From: an uncultured delta proteobacterium
Lineage (GTDB): Bacteria > Desulfobacterota > RBG-13-43-22
DNA: 64,000 nucleotides
Assembly (NCBI GenBank): GCA_963802945.1
Contig: CAWDKY010000017.1
Span: 352,001-416,000 of the forward strand
Direction of reading: 5' to 3'
In this document: piece after piece, positions 40,486-50,690 of the stretch
Layout: each line of letters starts with the position of its first letter
How positions within the stretch are numbered: position 1 is the stretch's first letter
The notes under the pieces: generated by a model
Told to the model about the DNA's origin: nothing
Seen by the model: only the letters and a program-made list of their open reading frames with translations
Database searches by the model: none
Program-made: the position numbers and the translations under genes

Positions 40486-41382
40486 TTATGTTATTTCCGT
40501 CCCAACCCCCCGATCGGTAAAGAGTTCCAGAATGACCGCATTCGCCACCCGACCGTCGATGATGTGGGCCTTTTCAACCCCGTCAGCAAGGGCATCCAGA
40601 CAGCAATTGACTTTGGGGATCATTCCGCCGCTGATCGTCCCATCTTCGATCAGCCTGGGGATTTCTTCCCTTTTCAAGGTGGAGATCAGATTTCCATTTT
40701 TGTCCTTGACGCCTTCCACGTCGGTCAGCAGTATCAGTTTTTGGGCCTTTAAGGCTGCAGCCACTTTCCCGGCTACCAGGTCGGCGTTGATATTGTAGGT
40801 CCGCCCCATTTCTCCGATCCCGATAGGAGCGATCACCGGGATAAAATGATGGTTTTCCAGGGTGGTGATGATCTCCGTGTTGACTTTTACCACTTCACCC
40901 ACCATGCCGATATCGATCAACTCCGGGGGATCATCCGGCCCTCCGCTTTTAAAAAGATTCATTTGTTGGGCAATAAGCAGTTGACCGTCTTTGCCGCTCA
41001 AACCGATGGCCTTGCCTCCCTGTTGATTGATCAGGTGTACGATCTCTTTATTGATCTTACCCCCCAGGACCATCTCGACCACATCCATGGTCTGGCTGTC
41101 GGTGACCCGGACCCCTTGTACAAACCGGGAAGAGATGTTCATCTGATCCAGCACCTTTTTGATCTGGGGGCCTCCGCCGTGAACCACCACCGGGTTCAGA
41201 CCGATGTATTTCATCAGGACCATGCTTTTGGCAAAGCCGGTCTTAAGGTCTTCGTCCACCATGGCATGTCCGCCGTACTTGATCACCATGGTCTGCTGGT
41301 AGAATCGCTTGATGTAGGGCAAGGCCTCCATCAGGATGGAAGCCTTCTCCGGATAAAGGGTGTTATTTTTGTCTTCGGTCAT
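40486..41382 (-). CDS. argB: Acetylglutamate kinase
   Basis: VIKYGG; VHGGGPQI; NINAD; GGMIPK. Confidence 0.96.
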   Translation of the reverse strand: MTEDKNNTLYPEKASILMEALPYIKRFYQQTMVIKYGGHAMVDEDLKTGFAKSMVLMKYIGLNPVVVHGGGPQIKKVLDQMNISSRFVQGVRVTDSQTMDVVEMVLGGKINKEIVHLINQQGGKAIGLSGKDGQLLIAQQMNLFKSGGPDDPPELIDIGMVGEVVKVNTEIITTLENHHFIPVIAPIGIGEMGRTYNINADLVAGKVAAALKAQKLILLTDVEGVKDKNGNLISTLKREEIPRLIEDGTISGGMIPKVNCCLDALADGVEKAHIIDGRVANAVILELFTDRGVGTEIT

Positions 41383-41438
41383 AACAATTCCATTAAGAAA
41401 ATGAATTTGTACAGTTGGTGCCCGGTTTCATTAACCGG

Positions 41439-42819
41439 TTATAAAATATAGCGGCTCAAATCTTCATTCTCTTCAATAGCCGACAATTTATTCCGCACAT
41501 ATTCGGCATTGATCGTGCAGGTCTTTTCCGTCCAATCCGGGGCTTCAAAAGAAAGATCGTCCAGCAATCTCTCCATAATGGTATGGAGTCGACGGGCTCC
41601 GATATTTTCCGTCCGTTGATTGACGTGAAAGGCAATGCGGGCGATCTCGGCCACAGCTTCGGGTAAAAAGGTCAGGGTGATGCCCTCGGTTTTTATCAAC
41701 TCGCAATATTGGGTGATCAAGGCCGACTGGGGCTCGGTCAAAATACGAATAAAGTCCTCCTGGGTCAAGGAATTCAATTCCACCCGGATAGGAAACCGTC
41801 CCTGTAGTTCGGGGATCAGATCCGAGGGTTTGGAATTATGGAAGGCCCCGGAGGCGACAAACAGGATATGATCGGTTCGTACCATCCCGTATTTGGTGGT
41901 CACCGTGGACCCTTCGACGATAGGCAGCAGATCCCGCTGAACTCCTTCCCGGGAGACATCCGGCCCATGACTGGAACCTCTTCCGGCGATTTTGTCGATC
42001 TCATCCAAAAAGATGATTCCGGTTTGTTCCACCTTGCGGATGGCTTCTTCCGTCACCTTATCCATATCAATCAGCCGCTGAAGATTCCTCCTGAATCAAC
42101 ATCTCGAAGGCCTCGGGAACCTTGACCTTGCGGCGTTTGGTTTTCTTGGGGAATAGATTGCCGAACATATCTTTCATATTGAAGTCCATCTCTTCCATCC
42201 CCACGGAAGAAAAAATCTCAACCATGGGAACCGAGCGTTGCGTGACTTCCATATCCACATAGCGCTCTTCCAACTTTCCTTCTTGAAACAACGTCCTCAA
42301 TTTTTCCCTGGTGGATAAAGGTTCGGGACTGGGTTTTCGAACCACCTCCAAAATTTTTTCCTGCCCGGAAGGTTCTTCAGGCTTTGGGGATTCGGTCTTG
42401 GGAGGAAGCAGCAAGTCCAATAAGCGCTCTTCGGCGATCTCCCTGGCCTTGGACATGACCTTTTGTTTTTCTTCGGCCTTGATCATATTGATGGCCAGTT
42501 CGGTCAAGTCCCGGATCATGGATTCCACATCTCTTCCGACATAGCCTACTTCCGTAAATTTGGTGACTTCCACCTTCAGGAATGGGGATTGGGCCAATCG
42601 GGCCAGCCGCCTGGAGATCTCGGTTTTCCCTACACCGGTGGGGCCGATCATAATAATGTTTTTGGGAGCGATTTCATCCCGAATCGGTTCTGGAACTTGC
42701 TGCCTGCGCCAGCGATTCCGCAAGGCGATGGCTACCGTACGTTTGGCCGCATCTTGACCGACAATATATTTGTCCAATTCAGAGACGATTTCTCTGGGTG
42801 TTAAATACTCGTTGACCAA
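41439..42819 (-). CDS. hslU: ATP-dependent protease ATPase subunit HslU (frameshift ~42075)
   Basis: [41 protein letters not shown]. Confidence 0.95.
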
Positions 42820-42820
42820 T

Positions 42821-43348
42821 CTATAATTCCTCCAATACAATCTGTTCGTTGGTGTATATGCACAGAGAGGCGGCAATCTTCATGGCCTCCCGGGCGATTT
42901 CAGCGGCGGAAAGGGTGGAAAAACCTATCAAGGCTCGGGCGGCAGCCAAAGCCATGGGGCCGCCGGAACCAATGGCCGCCACCGCCTCATCGGGTTCCAT
43001 AACATCGCCTGTTCCGGACAGCATCAGAATGTGATCCTGATCAGCGGCCAGCAATAAGGCTTCCAGACGTCGTAATATCTTGTCGGTGCGCCAATCTTTG
43101 GCCATTTCCACGGCCGCTCTGGTCAAGTTTCCGTTAAACTGCTCCAGTTTGGCTTCCAGCTTTTCGAACAGGGTCAGGGCATCGGCCGTGGCCCCGGAAA
43201 ATCCGGTCAGGATTTGATCATGATAAAGCCGGCGGATTTTTTTGGCCCGGTGTTTCATCACGGTCTGCCCCATGGTCACCTGACCGTCGCCGGCAATGAC
43301 GACTTTCCCCTGATGACGCAAGGCCAGAATGGTTGTTCCTTCAAACAT
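42821..43348 (-). CDS. hslV: ATP-dependent protease subunit HslV
   Basis: GTTI, GDGQVT, AIGSGG, CIYTN. Confidence 0.96.
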   Translation of the reverse strand: MFEGTTILALRHQGKVVIAGDGQVTMGQTVMKHRAKKIRRLYHDQILTGFSGATADALTLFEKLEAKLEQFNGNLTRAAVEMAKDWRTDKILRRLEALLLAADQDHILMLSGTGDVMEPDEAVAAIGSGGPMALAAARALIGFSTLSAAEIAREAMKIAASLCIYTNEQIVLEEL

Positions 43349-43349
43349 C

Positions 43350-44255
43350 TTACCCCCTTGGATGGGCCTTTTGATATACTTCCAGTAAACGGCTCATGCT
43401 GATATGCGTATATTTTTGGGTTGTGGAAAGGGATGAATGTCCCAACAGTTCCTGAACAATTCGCAGGTCGGCCCCGGCATTCAGCAGATGGGTTGCAAAG
43501 CTGTGACGCAAGGAATGCGGGCTGATGGCCGGAGACAGATTTCCCTTGACCACCCTTTTTTTTAACCGGCGGGCAATGGTCCGATCGCTCACCCTTTCCC
43601 CGAACCGATTCAGGAATACGGCCTGAGGATCGGTTATCTTAAATTCCGATCGTTGTTCGGCCTGCTTCAGGGCCTGACGATAGTTCAATAAAGATTGAAT
43701 GGCCTTCCGTCCCATGGGGACGACCCTTTCCTTCCCCCCTTTGCCGATGACCCGGAGCAATCCGAGGGAAAGATCCAGGGAGCTCCAATTCAAATGGGTT
43801 AATTCGGACAAACGTAATCCGGAGGCATAAAACAACTCCAGAAAAGCCTGGTCCCGGAGTTCCAATATGGAATCGGTGACCGGCTCCTGCAGCAGGACAT
43901 CAACCTCTTTTTCCGACAGGAAGGGAGGGATCGTTTTCTCAATCTTAGGTGTTCGAACCTGGGCTATCGGGTTTTCCAGGATCCATCCTTTTTTCTGGGC
44001 ATAGCCGAAACAGGAGCGAAGGGCAGCCATCTTGCGAGCCACCGAGCTTTTCTTGTTTTTTTTATGGAGAAGGGCCAAGAAACCCCTTAATAAAGGCAGA
44101 TCCAACTGACTTGTTTCCTCTATCCCCTGGGTTTCCAGGTAATTCAAAAATTCCATCAAGTCCTGGCGGTATCCACGTAAGGAATTAGACGACAGCCTGC
44201 GTTCGGCCTCATTCTGTTTTAGAAAGTCTTCAATAATTTGACGAATTAGGATCAT
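43350..44255 (-). CDS. xerC: Tyrosine recombinase XerC
   Basis: [38 protein letters not shown]; directly upstream of hslVU. Confidence 0.92.
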   Translation of the reverse strand: MILIRQIIEDFLKQNEAERRLSSNSLRGYRQDLMEFLNYLETQGIEETSQLDLPLLRGFLALLHKKNKKSSVARKMAALRSCFGYAQKKGWILENPIAQVRTPKIEKTIPPFLSEKEVDVLLQEPVTDSILELRDQAFLELFYASGLRLSELTHLNWSSLDLSLGLLRVIGKGGKERVVPMGRKAIQSLLNYRQALKQAEQRSEFKITDPQAVFLNRFGERVSDRTIARRLKKRVVKGNLSPAISPHSLRHSFATHLLNAGADLRIVQELLGHSSLSTTQKYTHISMSRLLEVYQKAHPRG

Positions 44256-44426
44256 CGGTCATTTTGCCTTCAAAATTTAATATTTAACCACAAATTTACA
44301 AAAATGTCTATAAAAAATAAATCGTTGCCTTCCTTCATTTTCTTGTGGGTTTGAGAAAAAACGGCTTATTTGTTGGATGGTGTTCGTCCGAGAATAGTTA
44401 TTTTCGTATAAGCACAATAGTAGACT

Positions 44427-45243
44427 TTATAACTGGATTTTGGCCCCTGCCTTCAGATCTTCTGCTTTCATAAGATAGAGGGCGTCGAGTAGTGCGGTCT
44501 GGAAGCTGCCGGGGCCCGAGGAATTGGCAGCAGCCTGTTCACCGGCCAGACCAAAATAAGATAGTCCGCAGGTAGCCGCTTGCAGGGGATCAGGCTCAAT
44601 GGTCAGAAAAGCGCCTATCATCGCCGTTGCCGTACATCCTGTTCCGGTGATGCAACCCATCATTTCATGCCCGTTCAGCACACGATAGACTCGCTTCCCG
44701 TCGGTGATCAAATCCACTGCCCCGGTAATGGCCAGTGTTGTCTTAAGTTCCTTGGCCAAGGACATAGCCGTCTCAGCGGCCTGGTCCACGGTATGAACGG
44801 AATCCACGCCTTTGGTCGAAGATTCCGACACCTTCTCCGGCCAGAGAGAGGATCTCCGAAGCATTGCCTCGAATGACCTGAATTGAAATCTCTTTCATAA
44901 TTCGCTTGGCGGAATCGGTGCGCAGTCGGGTGGCCCCGGAACCGACCGGATCCAGGATCACCGGGACCTTTAGTGTATTGGCCCGTTTTCCGGCCTTCAA
45001 CATGGCTTCGATCCAGGGAAGACTCAAGGTGCCGATATTGAGCACCAGGGCCTTGGCCAGGGCAACCATTTCCTCTACTTCTTCGATCGCATGGGCCATC
45101 ACCGGAGAAGCCCCACAGGCCAGCAGGGCATTGGCCGTATAGTTCATGACAACATAGTTGGTGATGTTATGAACCAGCGGTTTTTTTTTACGAACAAGAA
45201 TCAAATTCTTTGCAGCCTTTTCAGCCATGGTCTGGTCGAACAT
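44427..45243 (-). CDS. thiM: Hydroxyethylthiazole kinase (frameshift ~44825)
   Basis: [35 protein letters not shown]. Confidence 0.93.
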
Positions 45244-45327
45244 ATGAATGTTGCCTCCTTAATGGTTTTCTCTAATTTAGTAATTCGGTCGATACAAAGG
45301 ATTCAGGGGTCAAGAAAAGGTCCAAGG

Positions 45328-45485
45328 TTGAAGAACTTGTAATAAGCTGTCACCCCGGTGAAAACCGAGGTCCAAGGTTTTTAAGTAATTAAAATCCTGG
45401 ATTCCGACTGGAGTTTATCCCGCACTTGATGCGGGGTCGGAGTGACGAAAACAGGCTTCCGGCAACTTTTTTACGAGTTCAACAA
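45328..45485. mobile_element. MITE/REP-like element, family 2
   Basis: Imperfect TIR TTGAAGAACTTGTAATAAG...CTTTTTTACGAGTTCAACAA; internal GTCACCCCGGTGAAAACCG and ATCCCGCACTTGATGCGGG hairpins. Confidence 0.7.
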
Positions 45486-45574
45486 GGTTTAAGGTTCAAA
45501 AAACCCGTGTACCGTGAACCTTATACCGTATACCGATAGTTTCTTTGCATCCTCGACCTTTGAATCCTGGAATC

Positions 45575-46609
45575 CTATGCCTGCAATCGAAAATGATCCC
45601 AGCCCGAGGGTTTAGCCGGATGTCTTGTCCCATCAGGGAAAAGTAAAGAGATCTGATCGGCATCCCCGGTGATCCTCCCCACTTGCGTCAGGGGGATCGT
45701 AAGGCCTCCTTGAGCCATGATGGAGCGGATGGAGGCCACATGCTCAGGGCGGCAAGTAATCACCAGTTCGTAATCATCGCTTTCCCCCAGAACGAAGTCA
45801 TGTGGGTCTTTGCGGAACAAAAGGGCCGTCTGGCCGAGTGCTTCACTGACCGGAAGTTTTTCTTGGAATAATTCGGCTCCAACTTGACTTTCAACACAAA
45901 TATGCCCCAGATCTCCCAGGAATCCATCGCTGGTGTCAATCATGGCCGTAGCCAGTCCTGCTTGGGCTATGGCCGCCCCCAAATGGGCCTGGTGCGAAGG
46001 GGTGTTGTAAATCTTGACCAGGGGATGATTCTTTATCTCCGGGTCATCCGGGGTTTGAAGAAGGAGCAAAAGCCCGGCAGCCGCCTGGCCTGGATATCCG
46101 GTGACCAGGATTACATCTCCCGGCCTGGCCCCGGAACGCCGCACGGCCTTTCCCTGTTCCGCCTCTCCGATCAGAGTGATGTCGATAAACATCCCATTTC
46201 CTGATCGGGTGAGGTTGCCGCCGATGATCGAGGCGCCGAAAGGATGCAATTCCAAAAGAAACCCCCGATATATCTCTTCGATATCCTGGACCAACATATC
46301 ACCCCTTAATCCAAGAGAGATGAGGGCATAAAGAGGCTTGCCTCCCATGGCTCCGATGTCACTGATGTTGAGGGTCATGGCCCGTCGTCCCAAATCAAGC
46401 GGATCGATACGACCGGTCAAATAATGACGGCCTTCCACCAGGCAATCGCAGGTGACCAAAAGTTCATAACCTGGGCGAGGAAGGAAAGAAGCCGTATCGT
46501 CGCCGATTCCTAAAGTCACCCGTTCTGATCGAAGACCCTCTCGGTTCAGAAGATCACTGATCCTCTGAATCAACCCGAACTCGCCGATATCCATGATCCG
46601 CTCAGACAT
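45575..46609 (-). CDS. thiL: Thiamine-monophosphate kinase
   Basis: GEFGLI, GIGDD, NISDIGAMGG, DTSDG, DDYEL, GWDHF. Confidence 0.95.
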   Translation of the reverse strand: MSERIMDIGEFGLIQRISDLLNREGLRSERVTLGIGDDTASFLPRPGYELLVTCDCLVEGRHYLTGRIDPLDLGRRAMTLNISDIGAMGGKPLYALISLGLRGDMLVQDIEEIYRGFLLELHPFGASIIGGNLTRSGNGMFIDITLIGEAEQGKAVRRSGARPGDVILVTGYPGQAAAGLLLLLQTPDDPEIKNHPLVKIYNTPSHQAHLGAAIAQAGLATAMIDTSDGFLGDLGHICVESQVGAELFQEKLPVSEALGQTALLFRKDPHDFVLGESDDYELVITCRPEHVASIRSIMAQGGLTIPLTQVGRITGDADQISLLFPDGTRHPAKPSGWDHFRLQA

Positions 46610-47240
46610 GACGGCTTGACTCCATTACCTTCCGCAAAATTCTAGCGGCTTCTTTTGGGTCTTCCTGACAACAGACCGCGGAGATGACGGCAATCCCATA
46701 GGCCCCGGTCTTCAACACCTGGGGAGTATTCTCTTGGTTGATACCTCCGATAGCGATAATCGGCAAATCGATCTCTTTGACCACTTGTTTCAGGAGATCA
46801 AGCCCACTGGCTGGGGCAGCGTCTTCTTTAGAGATTGTGGGAAAGACAGGGCCAAAGCCCACATAATCCGCACCTTCCAGGAGGCATTTACGGGCCTCTT
46901 CCAGGGTGCCGGCCGACCCACCGATGACGGCCTTTTGACCAAGGATTTTTCTGGCTAGAGGGATGGGGAAGTCATCCTGGCCCAGATGAATCCCATCGGT
47001 CTGAGAGGCCAGGGCTATATCCAAACGGTCATTGACGATAAAGGTCACCCCTGCTCTTCGGCAAACGGCCTGCATCTGCTCGGTAACCCGGATCATCTCC
47101 TTGGTCGGCCCTGATTTCTGGCGATACTGGATGGTGTCAGCCCCGCCGGCTATGGCCAGTTCGGCAAGCTCCTGATGGGAGAAATGGGATTGAAGCAGGG
47201 TATCGGTCAAGACATGAAATCTTCCAATTTTTTTCATCAT
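46602..47240 (-). CDS. thiE: Thiamine-phosphate synthase
   Basis: QYRQK, VNDR.D, GIHLGQDD, GPVFPT.SK, AIGGI. Confidence 0.94.
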   Translation of the reverse strand: MMKKIGRFHVLTDTLLQSHFSHQELAELAIAGGADTIQYRQKSGPTKEMIRVTEQMQAVCRRAGVTFIVNDRLDIALASQTDGIHLGQDDFPIPLARKILGQKAVIGGSAGTLEEARKCLLEGADYVGFGPVFPTISKEDAAPASGLDLLKQVVKEIDLPIIAIGGINQENTPQVLKTGAYGIAVISAVCCQEDPKEAARILRKVMESSRHV

Positions 47241-47365
47241 GATCGCCCTACTATTGTTGCCATGCTCACCCTCTTAGTCGTGTTTGCCTATTGGCTATTT
47301 ATACTCTATTGATACAGAGGGCACCAGAAAAATTGTTGAAATGCCATGTGGAGTGATAAATTAAA

Positions 47366-47455
47366 GGAGAGGGATCATCCGAGAACCCGACTCAAGGCCT
47401 GACGAAGTTTTGCCACGGTAAACGGTTTCTGGACGAAACCTGCAGGTCCTCTGCC
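47366..47455. ncRNA. Candidate structured RNA of unknown class
   Basis: GC-rich block in an AT-rich spacer; closing stem GGAGAGGGA/TCCTCTGCC around hairpins GTTTTGC-CACG-GTAAAC and GGTTTC-TGGAC-GAAACC. Confidence 0.35.
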
Positions 47456-47514
47456 GGCAATAAGATAAAGGATTTTTCCCAAAACCTGAAATCTGGAGGA
47501 TATCAGATACCCTC

Positions 47515-48201
47515 TTAGATAATGGAAAGAAGTTCAATCGTAAAAATGAGCACGGCATTCGGCCCTATCAAAGGGGTCCCTCGTTCCCCATAGGCCAGTT
47601 TTGCAGGAACAAATAGCTGCCATTTGGAACCGACCTTCATCAATTGAAGCGCTTCGGTCCAGCCCGGGATTACTCCGTTGACTGGAAAGGTGGCCGGTTC
47701 TCCCCGCTTGTAGGAATTGTCGAATTCGGTGCCGTCGATGAGGGTGCCTTGGTAATGGGTGGTCACCTTATCGGTTGCCTTGGGTTTTTTACCGGTGCCT
47801 TCTTTAATAACTTTGTATTGTAACCCGCTGGGTAAGGTTTTTACACCTTTCTTTTTTCTGTTCTCAGCCAGAAAGGCTTCCCCTTCCTTCTTATTCTTAT
47901 CACCAAGCAATTTCATTTTCTCGATCTGTTTGGCCGTTATTTCTTTTTGAAAAGCGGTTAGAACTGTGCGTATCTCTTCTTCGCTCAACAGGGGTTTAGT
48001 CCCTGAATGGGCATCTTTGAATCCTTTGGTGAAGAGATCCGGGTCGATATCCGCGGGCAGTTGTTTTATGTTCTTCCCTTCAATCAGCCCAAGGGCATAG
48101 CTGGTCTTATCTTTCTGGCTTTTCAGTGTCCCATTCTCGGCTCCAAAGACCTGTGTCACCAGGAGCAAAATCCCCAGCAGCCCGATTAAACTTGATTTCA
48201 T
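47515..48201 (-). CDS. FKBP-type peptidyl-prolyl isomerase (Mip/FkpA-like)
   Basis: Signal peptide; SYALG; SGLQY; HYQGTLIDGTEFD; VIPGWTEAL; LAYG. Confidence 0.94.
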   Translation of the reverse strand: MKSSLIGLLGILLLVTQVFGAENGTLKSQKDKTSYALGLIEGKNIKQLPADIDPDLFTKGFKDAHSGTKPLLSEEEIRTVLTAFQKEITAKQIEKMKLLGDKNKKEGEAFLAENRKKKGVKTLPSGLQYKVIKEGTGKKPKATDKVTTHYQGTLIDGTEFDNSYKRGEPATFPVNGVIPGWTEALQLMKVGSKWQLFVPAKLAYGERGTPLIGPNAVLIFTIELLSII

Positions 48202-48255
48202 TTAAACTCCTTTTCGAATATTTTTTAGAAAGCACGCCTTATTATGATATTTGGA

Positions 48256-48284
48256 TTTCTATCATTTTTTGACGGGCTTGTCAA
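48256..48284 (-). promoter_or_regulatory. Putative sigma70 promoter of the FKBP gene
   Basis: TTGACA-17 bp-TAGAAA with TGn; directly next to the attC crossover. Confidence 0.5.
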
Positions 48285-48286
48285 AC

Positions 48287-48352
48287 AGGGAACGTAAAAG
48301 CTAAGGGGCGCAGCAGCTTCTTGCCGCGTCCTTCTTGAGTGACTTGTTAGCC
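48287..48352 (-). mobile_element. Integron attC site downstream of the MBL gene
   Basis: Minus strand GGCTAAC-AAGTCACTCAAG-AAGGACGCGGC...GCTGCGCCCC-TTAGCTTTTAC-GTTCCCT: R'' box, L boxes and central stem in canonical layout. Confidence 0.8.
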
Positions 48353-48433
48353 ATCATTTCCTTTTGTGCTGATTTATTGCCGAATATAACTGAAAAATTT
48401 TAATCTGCTAAACCGTAGGCGTATAGTTCAATT

Positions 48434-49285
48434 TTACTTGTAATACTTAGCAAGATTGTTTTCTAGGATGAAAGAATCAAACGGCATACCGTGGGCTGGA
48501 AATATTTTTTTTGCACCTTTTTTTAGAATTTTCTTCCAGCTTTCAAATACTAGTTTGAGATCGATATAAAATATAGGGCGATAATCTGCGCCAGCGTAAT
48601 TTAATAAATTCATCGCTGCATCCCCGCAGAATACTCGTCCATCTTCCATCACGACTGAGATAGAATCATTGGTGTGCCCAGGTGTATTTATTATTATTCC
48701 ATTGCTCCCAATGCTTTTTAAAAACTTTAAATCATCCCTATTTATAATAACATCATTTTTTGTAAGACTGACAGGTGGAAATTTATAGTCTCTGTGCTTG
48801 AATAAATTATATATTGATGTGAGGATATAAATCCTCTTGTTGATTGTTTTGCCCCTAACGCTCACTTTTCCATTTTCTAAATTTGATAAACCTTCTTTGT
48901 TTACAATTACCCTTGCCCCGGAATTCCTTATTAGATCGGCAGCAAAACCACAGTGATCGTCATGACTGTGCGTTAATAAAAGATATTTTATATCCTTTAA
49001 ATCAATTTTGATCTGATTTAGTGCCTGGATAAATTTACTATAATCGCTTTGATATCCAGTATCAATTAATAGATATCCATCTCTGCAGGGTAATAGATAA
49101 GATGTTGTGACTCCGGTTGTAATTCCATAAAATTTTTTGTCTTCTCTATCAAAATATTGCGTAACCATCTTATTGGGATCAGGATTTTCTAAAATATGGC
49201 CGTAAAATTTCAATGCTGCAAATAAAATAATTACTCCAGTTAGAATTGCAGCTATCTTAATAAATGTCTTTAAAAACTTATTCAT
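48434..49285 (-). CDS. MBL-fold metallo-hydrolase with an N-terminal membrane anchor, integron cassette gene
   Basis: LIDTG, THSHDDH (HxHxDH), TPGHT, GD, PAHG; AT-rich; AAGGAG RBS just inside the cassette boundary. Confidence 0.88.
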   Translation of the reverse strand: MNKFLKTFIKIAAILTGVIILFAALKFYGHILENPDPNKMVTQYFDREDKKFYGITTGVTTSYLLPCRDGYLLIDTGYQSDYSKFIQALNQIKIDLKDIKYLLLTHSHDDHCGFAADLIRNSGARVIVNKEGLSNLENGKVSVRGKTINKRIYILTSIYNLFKHRDYKFPPVSLTKNDVIINRDDLKFLKSIGSNGIIINTPGHTNDSISVVMEDGRVFCGDAAMNLLNYAGADYRPIFYIDLKLVFESWKKILKKGAKKIFPAHGMPFDSFILENNLAKYYK

Positions 49286-49304
49286 TGAATTCTCCTTTTT
49301 GCTT

Positions 49305-49395
49305 AGCTAATGCGGCGTTGACCCGTGGCACGAAGGTTGCGGGGCTGAAGGCCCATGCAAGCAAGTGACATCGGTGTCCAATGGCCTGGTTAGTG
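49305..49395 (-). mobile_element. Integron attC site upstream of the MBL gene (R' box reads ATTAGCT)
   Basis: Minus strand CACTAAC-CAGGCCATTGGACACCG-ATGTCAC..TTGC..GCAA..GTGCCA-CGGGTCAACGCCGC-ATTAGCT. Confidence 0.75.
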
Positions 49396-49596
49396 CCGCC
49401 AGCGGTGGAGCCAATAATATAATTAAGTAGTTTTTCCGAATTGTACCAGAAAATGATCTGATCTGTAAGAAAATATTGATAAATAGTTGTTGGTTAGCGA
49501 AAATTCTAACTGTAAACATCTCAAATTGAACAAATACACCTTTTTCTACTCTTCTACGAAATCATTCCTTAAATTATTGACGGCTTGCATCTGTCC

Positions 49597-49739
49597 TTAG
49601 AGTAGTGTAACAGTAATCACTTTTCAGTCTCGTCATTCCGGACTTGATCCGGAATCCAGTCTTTACAACCTGGCTTCCCGCTTTCGCGGGAATGACGGCA
49701 TTTGGCTATTGTAGAATTTTTATTAATTCACTACCCTAA
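49597..49739. mobile_element. MITE family 1, copy B (inverted relative to copy A)
   Basis: Ends TTAGAGTAGTG...CACTACCCTAA; its 69-bp core is the reverse complement of the copy A core with 3 differences. Confidence 0.8.
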
Positions 49740-49762
49740 AGGGATGGAGAAAGGTTTGTTTA

Positions 49763-50299
49763 CTATTTCCCCAATTCTTTCCCGGCTGCTTGAACATAGG
49801 CCTGAAAGGATTGATTTCCAAAGAGAACAAAGCCGACCCGGTCGAATACCGGATTCTCTCGGAGATAGTCGGCCACGGTCGTTACGGCGATGCGGGCGGC
49901 TTCATCCAGAGGATATCCGTAAGCACCGGTGCTGAGTGATGGGAAAGCCACGGACCGGATTCCTTTTTTATGGGCCAGTTTCAGGCTTTCATGATAAGCA
50001 CTGGCTAATAGTCTGGCTTCACCCCTGTTCCCGCCCTGATAAATGGGACCAACGGTATGGATGACATACTTGGCCTTGAGATTGCCGCCGGTGGTGATCA
50101 CCGCCTGTCCGGTGGGGCAGCCGCCGAGCTTACGGCATTCCTCCATGATCGCCGGGCCGCCGGCCTGGTGGATAGCCCCGTCAACTCCGCCGCCGCCAGC
50201 CAAACGGGAATTGGCGGCATTGACAATGGCCTCAGTTGTTTGAAGGGTTATATCCCCTTCTTCTAAAAAGAAAATGGTTTTGCCGATTTTTGCTTCCAT
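49763..50299 (-). CDS. Macro-domain O-acetyl-ADP-ribose deacetylase (YmdB-like)
   Basis: GDIT, IVNAAN..GGGGVDGAIH, HTVGP, STGAYGYP. Confidence 0.93.
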   Translation of the reverse strand: MEAKIGKTIFFLEEGDITLQTTEAIVNAANSRLAGGGGVDGAIHQAGGPAIMEECRKLGGCPTGQAVITTGGNLKAKYVIHTVGPIYQGGNRGEARLLASAYHESLKLAHKKGIRSVAFPSLSTGAYGYPLDEAARIAVTTVADYLRENPVFDRVGFVLFGNQSFQAYVQAAGKELGK

Positions 50300-50400
50300 G
50301 ATGGGTCCCTCCTTCCGCCTACCTTGAAGATAGCGAATTCAAGAAAAATTTTCAAACTTATTTTAGATTATTAATTAATAAGTTACAGTCATCTTTGTAT

Positions 50401-50429
50401 TTGACAAACCCATGAAGATATTTTAAAAT
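50401..50429 (+). promoter_or_regulatory. Sigma70 promoter of the DUF465-ilvBN operon
   Basis: TTGACA-17 bp-TAAAAT. Confidence 0.65.
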
Positions 50430-50457
50430 AAAATTTATCCTTTTAACGGAGTTGATT

Positions 50458-50688
50458 ATGGAAAAGAGAGATCAAGAGTTGATTGACCAACTTGTTCCTA
50501 ACAACCAGGAACTACAGAAGTTAGTGAAAGAACACAAAGAATTTGAGTCCCAGTTGGGAGAATTCAGTAAAAGATTGTATCTTTCCGATGAGGAAAATCG
50601 AGAAAAGAAACGGATTCAAAAATTAAAATTGGCCGGCCGCGACCGGATTGAACAGATATTGAAAGACCACCGGGCAAAGGGGAAATAA
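50458..50688 (+). CDS. DUF465/YdcH-like small protein
   Basis: L..EH..E...[12 protein letters not shown]; sits directly before ilvB. Confidence 0.8.
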   Translation: MEKRDQELIDQLVPNNQELQKLVKEHKEFESQLGEFSKRLYLSDEENREKKRIQKLKLAGRDRIEQILKDHRAKGK

Positions 50689-50690
50689 CA

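Noticed and set aside
43350-44255. Tyrosine recombinase as the integron integrase for the attC sites
   Set aside because: Typical XerC size and AHPR ending, no IntI-specific insertion, sits in the standard xerC-hslVU order, 4 kb away with thi genes in between.
47398-47450. Hammerhead ribozyme (CTGACGA...CGAAAC...GTC)
   Set aside because: The closing pairs of stems I and II do not form (C-C and A-C).
47366-47455. TPP riboswitch or tRNA-Sec
   Set aside because: TPP-like words are on the wrong strand and incomplete; there is no T-loop, paired anticodon arm or CCA end.
48434-49285. Carbapenemase-type resistance gene
   Set aside because: HxHxDH is general to the MBL superfamily; the protein looks like a glyoxalase-II-like hydrolase, and nothing visible specifies beta-lactam activity.
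49307-49519. 70-aa ORF as a real gene
   Set aside because: Runs through the attC site; more likely a chance frame or remnant of a truncated cassette.
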